A stretch of DNA of 64,000 bases from Macrostomum lignano (GCA_002269645.1 NIVC01000571.1:62001-126000); one strand, 5' to 3'. Shown: positions 37,433 to 51,174, numbered from the stretch's first letter. Made by a program: numbers and translations. Notes: generated by a model not told the origin, from the sequence alone.

Positions 37433-38649
37433 GGAGAAATGACGACTGAAGATAAAATTTCATGAAACTTCTTTTTTCTATTTATCGTGTCGCCAGTTAG
37501 GGCCCGATGTGACAATTAAGGACAGAAAAACTACAAGTAGTGCGAACGCGCATCGTCGCTATTATTGAGAAAAGGGAGACATTCGTGTGAATGGCCTACT
37601 GTACAATCAACGCACGCGAAGTTGAAGCAGGCAGCAAAAAGTGGGTGTCGAGTTAGCCTGGGGGATTTGCCGCTCCCAGCCAAAAATTGGCCAGTTTGTT
37701 GTGGCAAGGAAAGCTGAGGAATTGCTTTTGGCTCAAATCCAGATCCCCTAAGCCGCGGCCCACCGACAGAACTGGCTGCGTGATGCCTTACCGGTCTGCA
37801 TTGGTGCAACTTAACTGATGCGTATGCTTAAAATAAGCCATTGCGTGCATACTACTCTACTAGTGTAAGTAGAAATATTAAACCATTGCGTATTTTCACT
37901 GTAAAAAAGCTGAAAATTGTAGCACATCATGTAGGCAATTCCCAATGAACGAAATCGCGGCTGGTTCTGACTGCAGATTATCAGCTTCAATCTACAAGGC
38001 CGCTCCTGGCTCATCAGTTCTTAAAATTTTTTCCTGATCCTCTTGGTCCGCAGCCCACCAGTGGAAGCCGGCATCACGAACTGGTGGTTGAATTTCACGC
38101 AGTAAACTCGCTACATGTAAGTGTACTACTCAGTACAGAATTACTCGTAATGAATCTCTATTCTTTAAATGAATCATTAATCATCTCTGCTGCATGACAG
38201 TTGCATGATATGTCTCTTGTCCATGCAGTCTCATATTGCATACAGAATCCCATGTGAGGAATTCGATAGTCAAATTTGTCTATGTTTGACAATCGAGACT
38301 CAATCAGAGCTCAATGTTGAATTTTCCTGCATTGAGTTCTGCCAATCTTTATCAGGACACAAATTTAACTTGAGTTCTCGCTTCAGTGAGCAGCTCAGTC
38401 CTTTGCGTAAATAATCTGACGAACTCGACGGCATCAGGTGAGTTTTATTGATAATTTTGTTTCCGGAGTGCGGCTCATTAACATAAAAATGTAATTATGG
38501 CCAAAATACATTTAACTTGCATGTGAATGATAAGCCAGTTAGCCAACCTGCAACCACCTGCCAATCAATAATTCATAATGCATTCTTTAAACCCGAGTCC
38601 ATCAAAAACGTCTTAATTAAATGATGATAATTCAGCACAAGGCTTCCAC

Positions 38650-40610
38650 CATGACACACATGGCTTCTCTATGACACACATGGCTTCTCTATGACACACA
38701 TGGCTTCTCTATGACACACATGGCTTCTCTATGACACACATGGCTTCTCTATGACACGCATGGCTTCTCTATGACACACATGGCTTCTCTATGACACGCA
38801 TGGCTTCTCTATGACACACATGGCTTCTCTATGACACGCATGGCTTCTCTATGACACACATGGCTTCTCTATGACACGCATGGCTTCTCTATGACACACA
38901 TGGCTTCTCTATGACACGCATGGCTTCTCTATGACACACATGGCTTCTCTATGACACACATGGCTTCTCTATGACACGCATGGCTTCTCTATGACACGCA
39001 TGGCTTCTCTATGACACGCATGGCTTCTCTATGACACACATGGCTTCTCTATGACACGCATGGCTTCTCTATGACACACATGGCTTCTCTATGACACGCA
39101 TGGCTTCTCTATGACACACATGGCTTCTCTATGACACACATGGCTTCTCTATGACACACATGGCTTCTCTATGACACGCATGGCTTCTCTATGACACGCA
39201 TGGCTTCTCTATGACACACATGGCTTCTCTATGACACACATGGCTTCTCTATGACACGCATGGCTTCTCTATGACACGCATGGCTTCTCTATGACACACA
39301 TGGCTTCTCTATGACACACATGGCTTCTCTATGACACACACGGCTGCCCCCATGACACACGGCGTCCTCTATGACACGCGGCTCCCTCCATGACACACGT
39401 ACACGGCCTCTTCTATGACATACACGGCCTCTTTTATGCCACACATGGCCTTCTATATGACAGAAACTTCTATGCCACACATGGCCTTCTATATGACAGA
39501 AACTTCTATGCCACACATGGCCTTCTCTATGACAGAAACTTCTATGCCACACATGGCCTTCTCTATGACAGAAACTTCTATGCCACACATGGCCTTCTAT
39601 ATGACAGAAACTTCTATGCCACACATGGCCTTCTCTATGACAGAAACTTCTATGCCACACATGGCCTTCTATATGACAGAAACTTCTATGCCACACATGA
39701 CCTTCTATATGACAGAAACTTCTATGCCACACATGGCCTTCTATATGACAGAAACTTCTATGCCACACATGGCCTTCTATATGACAGAAACTTCTATGCC
39801 ACACATGACCTTCTATATGACAGAAACTTCTATGCCACACACGGCCTTCTATATGACAGAAACTTCTATGCCACACATGGCCTTCTATATGACAGAAACT
39901 TCTATGCCACACATGGCCTTCTATATGACAGAAACTTCTATGCCACACATGACCTTCTATATGACAGAAACTTCTATGCCACACACGGCCTTCTATATGA
40001 CAGAAACTTCTATGCCACACACGGCCTTCTATATGACAGAAACTTCTATGCCACACATGGCCTTCTATATGACAGAAACTTCTATGCCACACATGGCCTT
40101 CTATATGACAGAAACTTCTATGCCACACATGACCTTCTATATGACAGAAACTTCTATGCCACACACGGCCTTCTATATGACAGAAACTTCTATGCCACAC
40201 ATGGCCTTCTATATGACAGAAACTTCTATGCCACACATGGCCTTCTATATGACAGAAACTTCTATGCCACACACGGCCTTCTATATGACAGAAACTTCTA
40301 TGCCACACATGGCCTTCTATATGACAGAAACTTCTATGCCACACATGGCCTTCTATATGACAGAAACTTCTATGCCACACACGGCCTTCTATATGACAGA
40401 AACTTCTATGCCACACACGGCCTTCTATATGACAGAAACTTCTATGCCACACATGGCCTTCTATATGACAGAAACTTCTATGCCACACATGGCCTTCTCT
40501 ATGACAGAAACTTCTATGCCACACACGGCCTTCTATATGACAGAAACTTCTATGCCACACATGGCCTTCTCTATGACAGAAACTTCTATGCCACACACGG
40601 CCTTCTATAT
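38650..40610. repeat. Compound array: 20-bp unit (38650-39340) then a related 36-bp unit (39440-40610)
   Basis: atgacacacatggcttctct, then atgacagaaacttctatgccacacatggccttctat. Confidence 0.95.
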
Positions 40611-40953
40611 GACACACACGGCTCTATAACACAAACGGTCCTCTATGACACACACGGCTCTATAACACAAACGGTCCTCTATGACACACACGGCTCTATA
40701 ACACAAACGCTCCTCTATGACACACACGGCTCCCCCAATGACGCATACGGCTCCTCTAAGACACGCAGGTCCTCCATAACACATGCGGCTCCCACCATAG
40801 CACACAGCCTCTTCTATGCCCACTCTGACACTATGCCCTCTCACACTGCCCCCGCTATGACTCACACTGCCCCGCTATGACTCACCCTTCTCGCTCTGTT
40901 ACTCAAACGGCTGCCACCATGACGCTCGCAGCCCGCGATCCCCCAAGCCAGGC

Positions 40954-43353
40954 ATGTCGGGCGGCTCCCTCCAGGGCGGCCAGTCCAGAAGCGGTTCGGC
41001 CTCGACGTCGCTCGGTGGTGCCGACACCAGCGCCGACAACGGCGAGGACGGCGGCGGCGGCGGTGGCAGTAGCGGCCATCCCACCGGCATTCGTCGAGTC
41101 GGCCGGCACCAGAAGGTGCGCCTCTGGCTCAGCAACTTCTGCGACAGCCGGAGTCTCTCGAAGTCGGCGCCCTCGGCTTCCATGGCCTTGGCGGACTCGA
41201 ACTCGCTGATCACCTGGCGCCGGCTGGGCCTGCGAAGCGCCGGGGCCCAGGCCTTCGACGACAGCGGCACCTTCTCGGCCGACTCTGGCGCCTTTGCTGG
41301 TGATTCACCATTCATCAACATTTATTATACCATTCACCATTATTCATCAACATTCACTATCGTTCACCAATATTCACCATAATTCACTAATATTTACCAT
41401 AATTCACCAATTCACTATTCAGTGTCATTCATAATCATTCATTACCATTCATTGTCATTCACCACCATTCACCACCATTCAAAACCATTCACCACCATTC
41501 ACTACCATTCACTACCATTCAGTACTATTCACAACCATTCACTACCATTCAAAACCATTCACCACCATTCACTACCATTCACTACCATTCACAACCATTC
41601 AACACCATTCAAAACCATTCACAACTATTCACAACCATTCACCACCATTCACCACCATTCAAAACCATTCACAACCATTCACCACCATTCACCACCATTC
41701 ACCACCATTCAAAACCATTCACCACCATTCACCACCATTCACCACCATTCACCACCATTCACCACCATTCAAAACCATTCACCACCATTCACCACCATTC
41801 ACCACCATTCACCACCATTCACCACCATTCACCACCATTCACCACCATTCACCACCATTCACCACCATTCACCACCATTCACCACCATTCACCACCATTC
41901 ACCACCATTCACTACCATTCACTACCATTCACAACTATTCACAACCATTCAAAACCATTCACCACCATTCACTACCATTCACCACCATTCACCACCATTC
42001 ACCACCATTCACCACCATTCACCACCATTCACCACCATTCACAACCATTCACTACCATGCAACCCCGCCGACTCCCCGAGCCCCGCAGACTCGCAGCAGC
42101 CGCGGTCCCGCTGCTCAACTGTCCGAAGCAGCCTGCAGCTGCGCAGGCCCAGCGCCGCGAACCCCAGAAGCCCGAGGTCGGTGAGTGGCCGCACTGGCTG
42201 AGACTCCAACTTGATTCCGCTGACGTGGCGAATCCCAAATTTTTCTCTCTGCTTTCAGTCAACCAGCAACTTGACTGCCAGGGGCTCGGCCTGTGAGTAT
42301 TTTACTAGACTAAAGCTGACGCAGGTTTCAAACCTGAAAGCCTTTGAAAACTTCAGGAGTTTCAGACACTTCAAGATCTGCAAAGTGTGAGCTTTGTGTG
42401 CCTTTTTGTCAACATTTCAGCCGCTCGAACCTCCTTGAACCGGCTGCTGCTGAACCGGCTGAGTCTGCTGAGCAACTCGACACCCACCCCAGAGCTGGGA
42501 GGTCAGCATCCCCCCCCTGCTTCAGTGTGCCGTTGTCCTCAGTAGGACTGTGACTGACTGAATGAGCATGCAGTGCAGTGTGCTCACCGTGTGAGAGAGT
42601 GCATGCCCCAGAGTGCAGTGCAGTGTGCTCACCGTGTGAGAGAGTGCATGCCCCAGAGTGCAGTGCAGTGTGCTGACCAGTGTGAGAGAGTACATGCCCC
42701 AGAGTGCAGTGCAGTGTGCTCACCCGTGTGAGAGAGTGCATGCCCCAGAGTGCAGTGCAGTGTGCTCACCGTGTGAGAGAGTGCATGCCCCAGAGTGCAG
42801 TGCAGTGTGCTCACCAGTGTGAGAGAGTGCATGCCCCAGAGTGCAGTGCAGTGTGCTCACCAGTGTGAGAGAGTGCATGCCCCAGAGTGCAGTGCAGTGT
42901 GCTCACCCGTTTGAGAGAGTGCATGCCCCAGAGTGCTCACCCGTGAGAGAGTGCATGCCCCAGAGTGCTCACCCGTGAGAGAGTGCATGCCCCAGAGTGC
43001 AGTGAGGTGTGCGAGCCAAAAGCAAACAGTTGCCAGGCAGCTCTCAAATCCGCCGCACCCAGAATGCTACTCGGTGAATTCCGCCGAGGCCGATTGGCTG
43101 CGGCACAACTCCGAGCTGACGGCTTCGAGCGGTGGCAAACGCAGCCGGTCTACGATGCAAAGCGGCGGCACTAATAAAAAATCTGTGAGCAGTGAAAGCC
43201 CAGTTTCTGAGATTGTTAACTCGATGCTCATTGCTCAATGCTCAGTTCTGTGCTCAATGCTTAGTGCTCAGTGCTCAGTGCTCAGTGCTCAATGCTTAGT
43301 GCTCAGTGCTCAATGCTCAGTGCTCAATGCTTAGTTCTCAGTGCTCAATGCTT

Positions 43354-43387
<34 letters not shown>

Positions 43388-44500
43388 TAGTGCTCAGTGC
43401 TCAGTGCTCAATGCTCAGTGCTCAATGCTTAGTTCTCAGTGCTCAATGCTTAGTGCTCAGTTCTCAGTGCTCAATGCTTAGTGCTCAGTGCTCAATGCTT
43501 AGTGCTTAGTGCTCAGTGCTCAGTGCTCAGTTCTCAGTGCTCAATGCTTAGTGCTCAGTTCTCAGTGCTCAATGCTTAGTTCTCAGTTCTCAATGCTTAG
43601 TGCTCAATGCTTAGTTCTCAGTGCTCAATGCTTAGTGCTCAGTGCTCATGCCCGATTCTCAGTGCTTCATACTCCATGCTCAATCAATCTTAGTCAGCAA
43701 AGCGGTCAACAAATCCGGAGAAGTTGTCCACAGCCGTCCGGGTGGTGAAGCCGTCGGTTGCCTCATCCGGTGAGGACGACGACGGCGGAGACGACTCTGG
43801 CACCGGCAGCACGCCCGTCAGCGAGGACCTGGTGCGCCACCCGGAGCCGTACCACGTGCGCATCCTGCCAGCTATGTGCTACCTGGTGTGGCGGCCCAAC
43901 ATGCTGCGCAGGGAATGCCTCATCGAACGGGGGCAGCGGGCCTACCTTAATGCTCTGCAGCCCAGCTCCCTGCCCATGCAGTACCTCATCGCTGCGGTGG
44001 CTGCCCGGCTCGACATTGAAGTGCCGCTGTTGGACAGCCAGAGGCCAGGGTATTCCCAGAGGGTGCCCAAGTTCGAATACGTATTTCGATGGCACACGCC
44101 TAATGGTGAGACTTGAAACATGCATCACAAAGTCCGCATACATGTACGATCGTATCACGGCTCCGCTCTCTCCAACACCCACCCTCCGCTCTCGCCAACA
44201 TCCACCCTCCGCTCTCTTTAACACTCACCCTCCGCTCTCACCAACACCCACCCTCCGCTCTCTCCAACACCCACCCTCTGCTCTTCCCAACAGCCACCCT
44301 CCGCTCTCTCCAACACCCACCCTCCGCTCTCCCCAACACCCACCCTCCGCTCTCCCCAACATCTGCACTCAGGCCAGCGAGTCCAGCTGACCGACCGCAT
44401 CACGGACATTGACCACCCGGCGGGTCAGTCCGGAGATCCGGGATCCCCAGTGCGGGTGTTCATCGCCGGGTCACCTGGCTGGCTGACCAAAGCGAAGTGA
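40954..44500 (+). CDS. Uncharacterised protein (about 373 aa) with a low-complexity N-terminus and a folded C-terminal region possibly of doublecortin/beta-grasp type
   Basis: Exons 40954-41299, 42089-42180, 42259-42292, 42421-42501, 43063-43131 (end uncertain), 43734-44105 and 44373-44500 give 1122 nt in one frame with GT-AG junctions. The start may lie further upstream. Confidence 0.6.
41310..42056. repeat. 10-bp intronic minisatellite
   Basis: Unit accaccattc. Confidence 0.93.
42570..43000. repeat. 43-44-bp intronic minisatellite
   Basis: Unit gtgagagagtgcatgccccagagtgcagtgcagtgtgctcacc. Confidence 0.9.
43220..43650. repeat. 7-bp intronic repeat
   Basis: Units agtgctc / aatgctt / agttctc. 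Confidence 0.9.
44160..44360. repeat. About 23-bp intronic repeat
   Basis: Unit acccaccctccgctctccccaac. Confidence 0.85.
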
Positions 44501-45216
44501 GCTGCCCCAGAGACCGGCTGTCCGAGCGGGATCAGCCGGCCAGTTTTACTCTGAGAAGTTCGCAGCGTACTTGCTGCACGAGACAGTTATTGGTTTGCAG
44601 CGAGAGCGGATTGGTTTTTCATTTCCAGTAACTATTCAAATACACCTAGCCTAGAGTAGTGAACCGAGATGCCCAGTTTTTCCTTAAACTGGATCAAGGC
44701 GTACTTTTATTACGACGAAGTAGTATATTAAAATTTTTCCATCTTGAGTACATGGTAGATCATTTAGCCAACTAGCAATATTTATAAACAAAGTCTTGCG
44801 CAATACAGGATGAGGGCACATTTTTAAGGGGAATGTTACACCTTTACACAATACTCAAAAACTACTGCCACTCGGTCGATCCACCTAGCAGCCCAGGTGT
44901 CAAGGTGTGGAATCAGTCAAGCTCATCGGGAATCGCTGCGGGATGACGCTGCCTTTGATCTGCAAACCAGCAACGGTCACACCGTGGCTGACTACGCCGC
45001 TGAGAACAGGCAAAGGCGGGAGCTGCTGGCCGGGATGCGAGACACGATCAGGCGTTAAGCTCTGCTCGGTACACCGAATGCAACTGCTACTCCAACAACT
45101 GCTTGCTTCTTCTATAGCAAAAAGATTTCTGCAATACTTATACTTAAATCGCTACAGAGACCTCAGCATGGATATAGAGTTCTCACATGAGATCTCAGCA
45201 TGGAGTTCAGACTAGA

Positions 45217-45650
45217 GCTAGGAAATGAAAAAGCTAGGAAATGAAGGAGCTAGGAAATTAAGCTAGGAAATGAACAAGCTGGGAAATGAAGCTAGGAAAT
45301 GAAGAAGCTAGGAAATGAAGGAGCTAGGAAATGAAGCTAGGAAATGAAGCTAGGAAATGAAGAAGCTGGGAAATGAAGCTAGGAAATGAAGCTAGGAAAT
45401 TAAGAAGCTGTGAAATGAAGAAGCTGGGAAATGAAGAAGCTGTGAAATGAAGAAGCTATGAAATGAAGAAGCTGGGAAATGAAGAAGCTGTGAAATGAAG
45501 AAGCTATGAAATGAAGAAGCTAGGAAATGAAGAAGCTGGGAAATGAAGAAGCTGGGAAATGAAGCTAGGAAATGAAGCTAGGAAATGAAGAAGCTGGGAA
45601 ATGAAGAAGTTGGGAAATGAAGAAGTTGGGAAATGAAGAAGCTGGGAAAT
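45217..45650. repeat. 13/16-bp purine-rich repeat
   Basis: Unit gctaggaaatgaa(gaa). Confidence 0.9.
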
Positions 45651-46419
45651 AAGCGCCACAAACAACATTTGTGATATTCAGCAACAAAAACAGCAAAACT
45701 GCATTGAATAGAATCTGTATTATCTGTGCGAGCAAAGCCCCCAATAGAAATCTACTGCTGATCCGGTCCGGGATCTGCTAACTCGAAAAGGAACAGAAAA
45801 ATACAGCGAAACATTGAAAATCTGTCGACAATGACGAGGCGCCACGGAAAACACAGAGACGCTGGCAGAAGCACATTGAGCACGCTGAGCACACAGAAGC
45901 ATGATACGCTAAATATTAGCATGTAAGATTATTATAAGCTTTATGCACTGCTCTTAAAAAACAATTAATTAACAAGGAACTTATGGGCGCAACAATTAGC
46001 AACATAATTAGAAAGCAAAATTGTGTCGATCGCTATACTCTACTGAGAGACCGTGAGTAGGCACCAGCGGGCATTACTGAATAGGCATCACATCAAAAAA
46101 GTAGTGGCATTAATTACACCAATTTAGCGAATAAAGCGACAGAGATTAGTCCTGTTGCATCCGTTGGTGACCTTGCGGCAAGCTCCGCAACACATTATTG
46201 ACAAGGGGAATAAAACACGATACTTCACTACAAATATAAACAAAATCGAGACTGAAGCAAAGGCAAAGACAGAAGCAGATTGTGAAATGGAAGCGGACAC
46301 GTGGCAGTACACTGAGGCTCTGTCATTCAGGGGCTGGCGGAATGGGCGACCCTCGGCGACCACTGTCTACGGACCACCCTGAAGCTAAGGCTAAAGAGGC
46401 TCCGTCAGCAAAGAATTCA

Positions 46420-46890
46420 TTAGCAATCCATTACTACTGTTCAGGGCTGGATTAGCAATCCATTACTACTGTTCAGGGCTGGATTAGCAATCCATTACTA
46501 CTGTTCAGGGCTGGATTAGCAATCCATTACTACTGTTCAGGGCTGGATTAGCAATCCATTACTACTGTTCAGGGCTGGATTAGCAATCCAGTACTACTGT
46601 TCAGGGCTGGATTAGCAATCCATTACTACTGTTCAGGGCTGGATTAGCAATCCATTACTACTGTTCAGGGCTGGATTAGCAATCCATTACTACTGTTCAG
46701 GGCTGGATTAGCAATCCATTACTACTGTTCAGGGCTGGATTAGCAATCCATTACTACTGTTCAGGGCTGGATTAGCAATCCATTACTACTGTTCAGGGCT
46801 GGATTAGCAATCCATTACTACTGTTCAGGGCTGGATTAGCAATCCATTACTACTGTTCAGGGCTGGATTAGCAATCCATTACTACTGTTC
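46420..46890. repeat. 32-bp minisatellite, about 14 copies
   Basis: Unit attagcaatccattactactgttcagggctgg. Confidence 0.95.
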
Positions 46891-47041
46891 ATCAATCGAA
46901 TTCATTCTCGGTGTCCTTAGCCAAAGCGTTGCTGTCAACACAAACACAAAAGTGTCAGTAAAAATAGAACACGAATGGCTGAAGACGCACAGCAGAGGTG
47001 GCAGCGCACTCTTGAGTACCCAGGCCCGAGTCGCTTAGCTC

Positions 47042-50000
47042 TCAGCAGTCGGGGACGGAGGTTGCGCGAGCTGATGGGGAGGCGGCTCTGATCCGGACGT
47101 GCAGGCCGCACCTTTGGCTTCCTCGGCGCTGGAAAGGATGATGCGGTGAGCCTGACTGAGTGACCTGCCAGCCCGCACCCTCACTGGCTGAGTGACCTGC
47201 CAGCCCGCACCCTCACTGAGTGACTGAGTGACCTGCCAGCCCGCACCCTCACTGGCTGAGTGACCTGCCAGCCCGAACCCTCACTGGCTGAGTGACCTGC
47301 CAGCCCGCACCCTCACTGACTAAGTGACGTGCCAGCCCGCACCCTCACTGACTGAGTGACCTGCCAGCCCGCACCCTCACTGACTAAGTGACCTGCCAGC
47401 CCGCACCCTCACTGACTAAGTGACCTGCCAGCCCGCACCCTCACTGACTAAGTGACCTGCCAGCCCGCACCCTCACTGACTGAGTGACCTGCCAGCCCGC
47501 ACCCTCACTGACTGAGTGACCTGCCAGACCGCACCCTCACTGGCTGAGTGACCTGCCAGCCCGCACCCTCACTGACTGAGTGACCTGCCAGCCCGCACCC
47601 TCACTGACTAAGTGACCTGCCAGCCCGCACCCTCACTGACTAAGTGACCTGCCAGACCGCACCCTCACTGACTAAGTGACCTGCCAGCCCGCACCCTCAC
47701 TGGCTGAGTGACCTGCCAGCCCGCCCCGCAGCCATGCTGCTCGAACCCACCAGTTGTCATCCAGCTTCCCAGCCGCATCTTCTGACGCGGAATTCGCATC
47801 TTCAGGCATCGAGTTCGGGCTGACGTCGGCTCGAATCCGCAGCTGGAACCCGGCCTCCTTGCTGGTCTCGCCAGTCGCCGAGGCCGCCGCAGTCGCCAAC
47901 TGAGCGCGCGCATCGGCGAGGTTGGCGAAGTCGGCAGCCGGGTCGCCACCAGCCTCACCGCCGTCCCCGTCTGAGTCGTCCTGGCCGGAGGCGCAGCCGT
48001 CCGAGCGGCATAGCGACACGGGCACCACGGCATAGACGTAGGCCAGCAGGATCGGAACGGCAACGGCCACCGTCAGGACGGCGACAACCGGCGACACGAT
48101 GATCGAGCCAGTGACCACCAGAGCCACCAGGCAGCGCCGCTGCGCCGTGGTCCGCCGACCCGACTTGCGCAGGCGGTGCCGGAGACGGTGGGCCGCCCAC
48201 ACGGGGACGCCAGCGATGATGACCGGCAGCGCCAGGCCGGCCAGCAGCGCGATGCCCACCGGGGCGCCGATCAGCGTGCCGACCTGCGCGACGGAGAAGG
48301 GGCGGCTGGCAATGAAATCCAGATCTAAATCACGGGAAAAACCCGTGAAGGGATCTGAGACACTTGTGAGCGAATCTGGGGATCCGGGTGACCGAATCTG
48401 GGGATCCGGGTGACCGAATCTGGGGATCTGGGTGACCGAATCTGGGGATCTGGGTGACCGAATCTGGGGATCTGGGTGACCGAATCTGGGGATCTGGGTG
48501 ACCGAATCTGGGGATCTGGGTGATCGAATCTGAGGATCCGGGTGACCGAATCTGGGAATCTGGGTGACTGAATCTGGGGATCTGGGTGACTGAATCTGGG
48601 GATCCGGGTGACTGAATCTGGGGATCTGGGTGACCGAATCTGGGGATCCGGGTGACCGAATCTGGGGATCTGGGTGACTGAATCTGGGGATCTGGGTGAC
48701 CGAATCTGGGGATCTGGGTGACCGAATCTGGGGATCTGGGTGACTGAATCTGGGATCTGGGTGACCGAATCTGGGGATCCAGGTGACTGAATCTCGGGAT
48801 CTAGGTGACTGAACCTGAGACACCTGTGACCGGATCTAGGGATCCGGCATTTAAGTCAGATTCACGCGGCGCTGAGATATTGAGACTCACCTGCCACAGG
48901 ATCTTTTTCTTGCGGGACCAGGGCTTCTTGCCCCAGAAGGTGCAGCCGCTGGGACTGAGGTAGTGCAGGTCGGTGATCTCCTTCCTGCACAGCCAGCAGA
49001 ACTCGGTCCCGCAAAGTTTGCACTTCATGTGGTTGCAACTGCCGTCGTTCTCCTTGGAGATGTAGGTGGCGCAGCGGGGGCACTGCTTCACCTCGGCGGG
49101 CGGCTCCGAGCTGCTTGGCGCCAGCAGCACCTCCGGGTTGTCGCGGGCAGCAGCGTACAGCTCAGCCTTCTGCCGCTCGATGCGGGCCTGCTCGCAGGTG
49201 CTGGTGGGGTGCCACTCGCTCTTGCAGTGATAGCAGAAGCTTGTGCCGCACACCTCGCACTCCAGGCGGGGGCAGCTGGCGCAGTCGCTGGCGATGACCG
49301 CGTATCTGGGAGGCGATTCGGCATGACCGCTGATGACGACTGAAGCCTATTATGACCGACTTTACTATGACCCCACCAGTCTGAATTTAGATTAGCACTA
49401 TGACTCAATCTATTGGCTTCATGACCTCAATCTATTGGCACTATAACTCAATTTATTAGCACTATGACTCAATCTATTGGCACTATGACTCAATCTATTG
49501 GCACTATGACTCAATATATTAGCACTATGACTCAATCTATTGGTTCTATGACCTCAATCTATTGGCTCTATTACTCAATCTATTGGTTCTATTACTCAAT
49601 CTTATTGGCTCTATTACTCAATATATTGGTTTTATTACTCAATCTATTGGTTCTATTACTCAATCTATTGGCTATATGACCTCAATCTATTGGCTATATG
49701 ACCTCAATCTATTGGCTCTATGACCTCAATCTATTGGCACTATAACTCAATTTATTAGCACTATGACTCAATCTATTGTCTCTGACTCAATCTATTAGCT
49801 CTATGACTCAATCTATTCGCTCTATGACTCAATCTATTGGCTCTATGAGTCAATCTATTGGCTCTATGACTCAATATATTGGCTCTATGACCTCAATCGG
49901 TTGCAATGTTAAGTCTGGCGGGACAGCACAGCATCACCGAGCCGCTCACTTGCAGTCGGGCGCGGGGCACCAGCGGCAGTCGGGGTCGGCGGCCAGCACC

Positions 50001-50572
50001 CTGCGCAGGGTGAACAGCTCGTATTTGACTCGCAGCTCCTCGCTGACGATGGCGTTCACGTCTTCCGGATGGAGGCGGGCGCTGCAGCTCAGGCAGGCTG
50101 CCGGGAGGCCCTCCAAGATGGCCAGTCGCAGCGCCGTGGCCAGGCATGGCCGGCAGGCGAAGTGGCCGCAGTCGGTGATCATGTCCGGGAACTGTCCCAC
50201 CGGCAGTCGTTCGGCGCACACCGGACACTCAGCCAGACCGTCCGCGTCCGCCGCGGCCGCAGCGGGTGTCACAGTGACGGCCACCGTCGACGAGGCGGAA
50301 GTTCCGGCCGCGCCGCCGGCCGCGCCGCCAGCGGCGCTGGAGTTGCCGGGCTGCTGGGAGGAGCGCCCTACCGGCTGTCGCACCGAGGAGGCGGCCGAGG
50401 AGCACTTCGGCTTGCGGCCGCTGCTCCCGCTGCTGCTGCTGCCGCCGCCACTAAAGAAGTTGCCAACCGCGTAGAGCACCGAGTTGGGCCTCCGGCGCTG
50501 CTTCAAGGAGCCGCCGCTTGGGCCGCCGACAGTCTCCGCCGGGGCAGCAGGGGATTTGGTTCTGGACAGCAT
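47042..50572 (-). CDS. RNF19: RBR E3 ubiquitin ligase of the RNF19 (Dorfin) family
   Basis: Exons, read downward: 50572-49950, 49305-48891, 48283-47713, and a tentative last exon 47151-47042. RING1 CPVC...[48 protein letters not shown]2 KQCPRC...[19 protein letters not shown], then the RNF19 signature [37 protein letters not shown] and two hydrophobic segments. Confidence 0.92.
47152..47722. repeat. 28/32-bp minisatellite spanning an RNF19 exon-intron junction
   Basis: Unit ctgactgagtgacctgccagcccgcaccctca. Confidence 0.93.
48372..48840. repeat. 22-bp minisatellite in an RNF19 intron
   Basis: Unit ctgggtgaccgaatctggggat. Confidence 0.93.
49395..49900. repeat. About 21-bp minisatellite in an RNF19 intron
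   Basis: Unit ctatgactcaatctattggc(a/t). Confidence 0.88.
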
Positions 50573-51174
50573 GGACTCTGCTGTGAAAGATGCAGAAATA
50601 AGCGGCACGTGAGAGTCAAGGCACTGCCTAACAAAGCTCGGACGCACCATTGCGTTGAGAATTAAGCACTAATTATTGATACTGAGCCCTGAGTAGTGGG
50701 AACTGAACTTGGAGCATTTAGTAGAATGAGCATCGAGTCTGATTCTGATTAAACTCGCCAGTCTCGCTGCTATCGGCGCACTATGTATGCATTAGTATGC
50801 ATTTAGGGCGATAAATTTTGTCAATCACAAGGAACCGAAATCTATTATAACAAATGATAGCTAATTTTATAAAGCAGGTGGCAGCTAACAAATTTGAAGC
50901 GTCTCAAACACGCAGCGTAGACAGTTGGGGTGATGAAGAGCAAAGCAGCTGAGCCCGCCTCGCTTCTGTGCACTCAAACAGCACGCAAAGTGAACAGTGC
51001 TCAGGGGCAGAGCGCCTGAGACAATGAACAGCAGCCAGTGCAGGTACGGAGTGGAGTGCAGGCCCAATGCATTAAATTAAACAGCATACAAAAACTGCAT
51101 AACGGGTTTAAGCCACAAGAACGTAACTTCAGTCTCAGACGCGTCTCAACCCCGTCGGGGCTCGAGTAAAGATC

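Noticed and set aside
39289-40880. Three overlapping 400-500 aa ORFs on both strands
   Set aside because: They come from a 36-bp unit lacking stops in several frames and are not protein-like.
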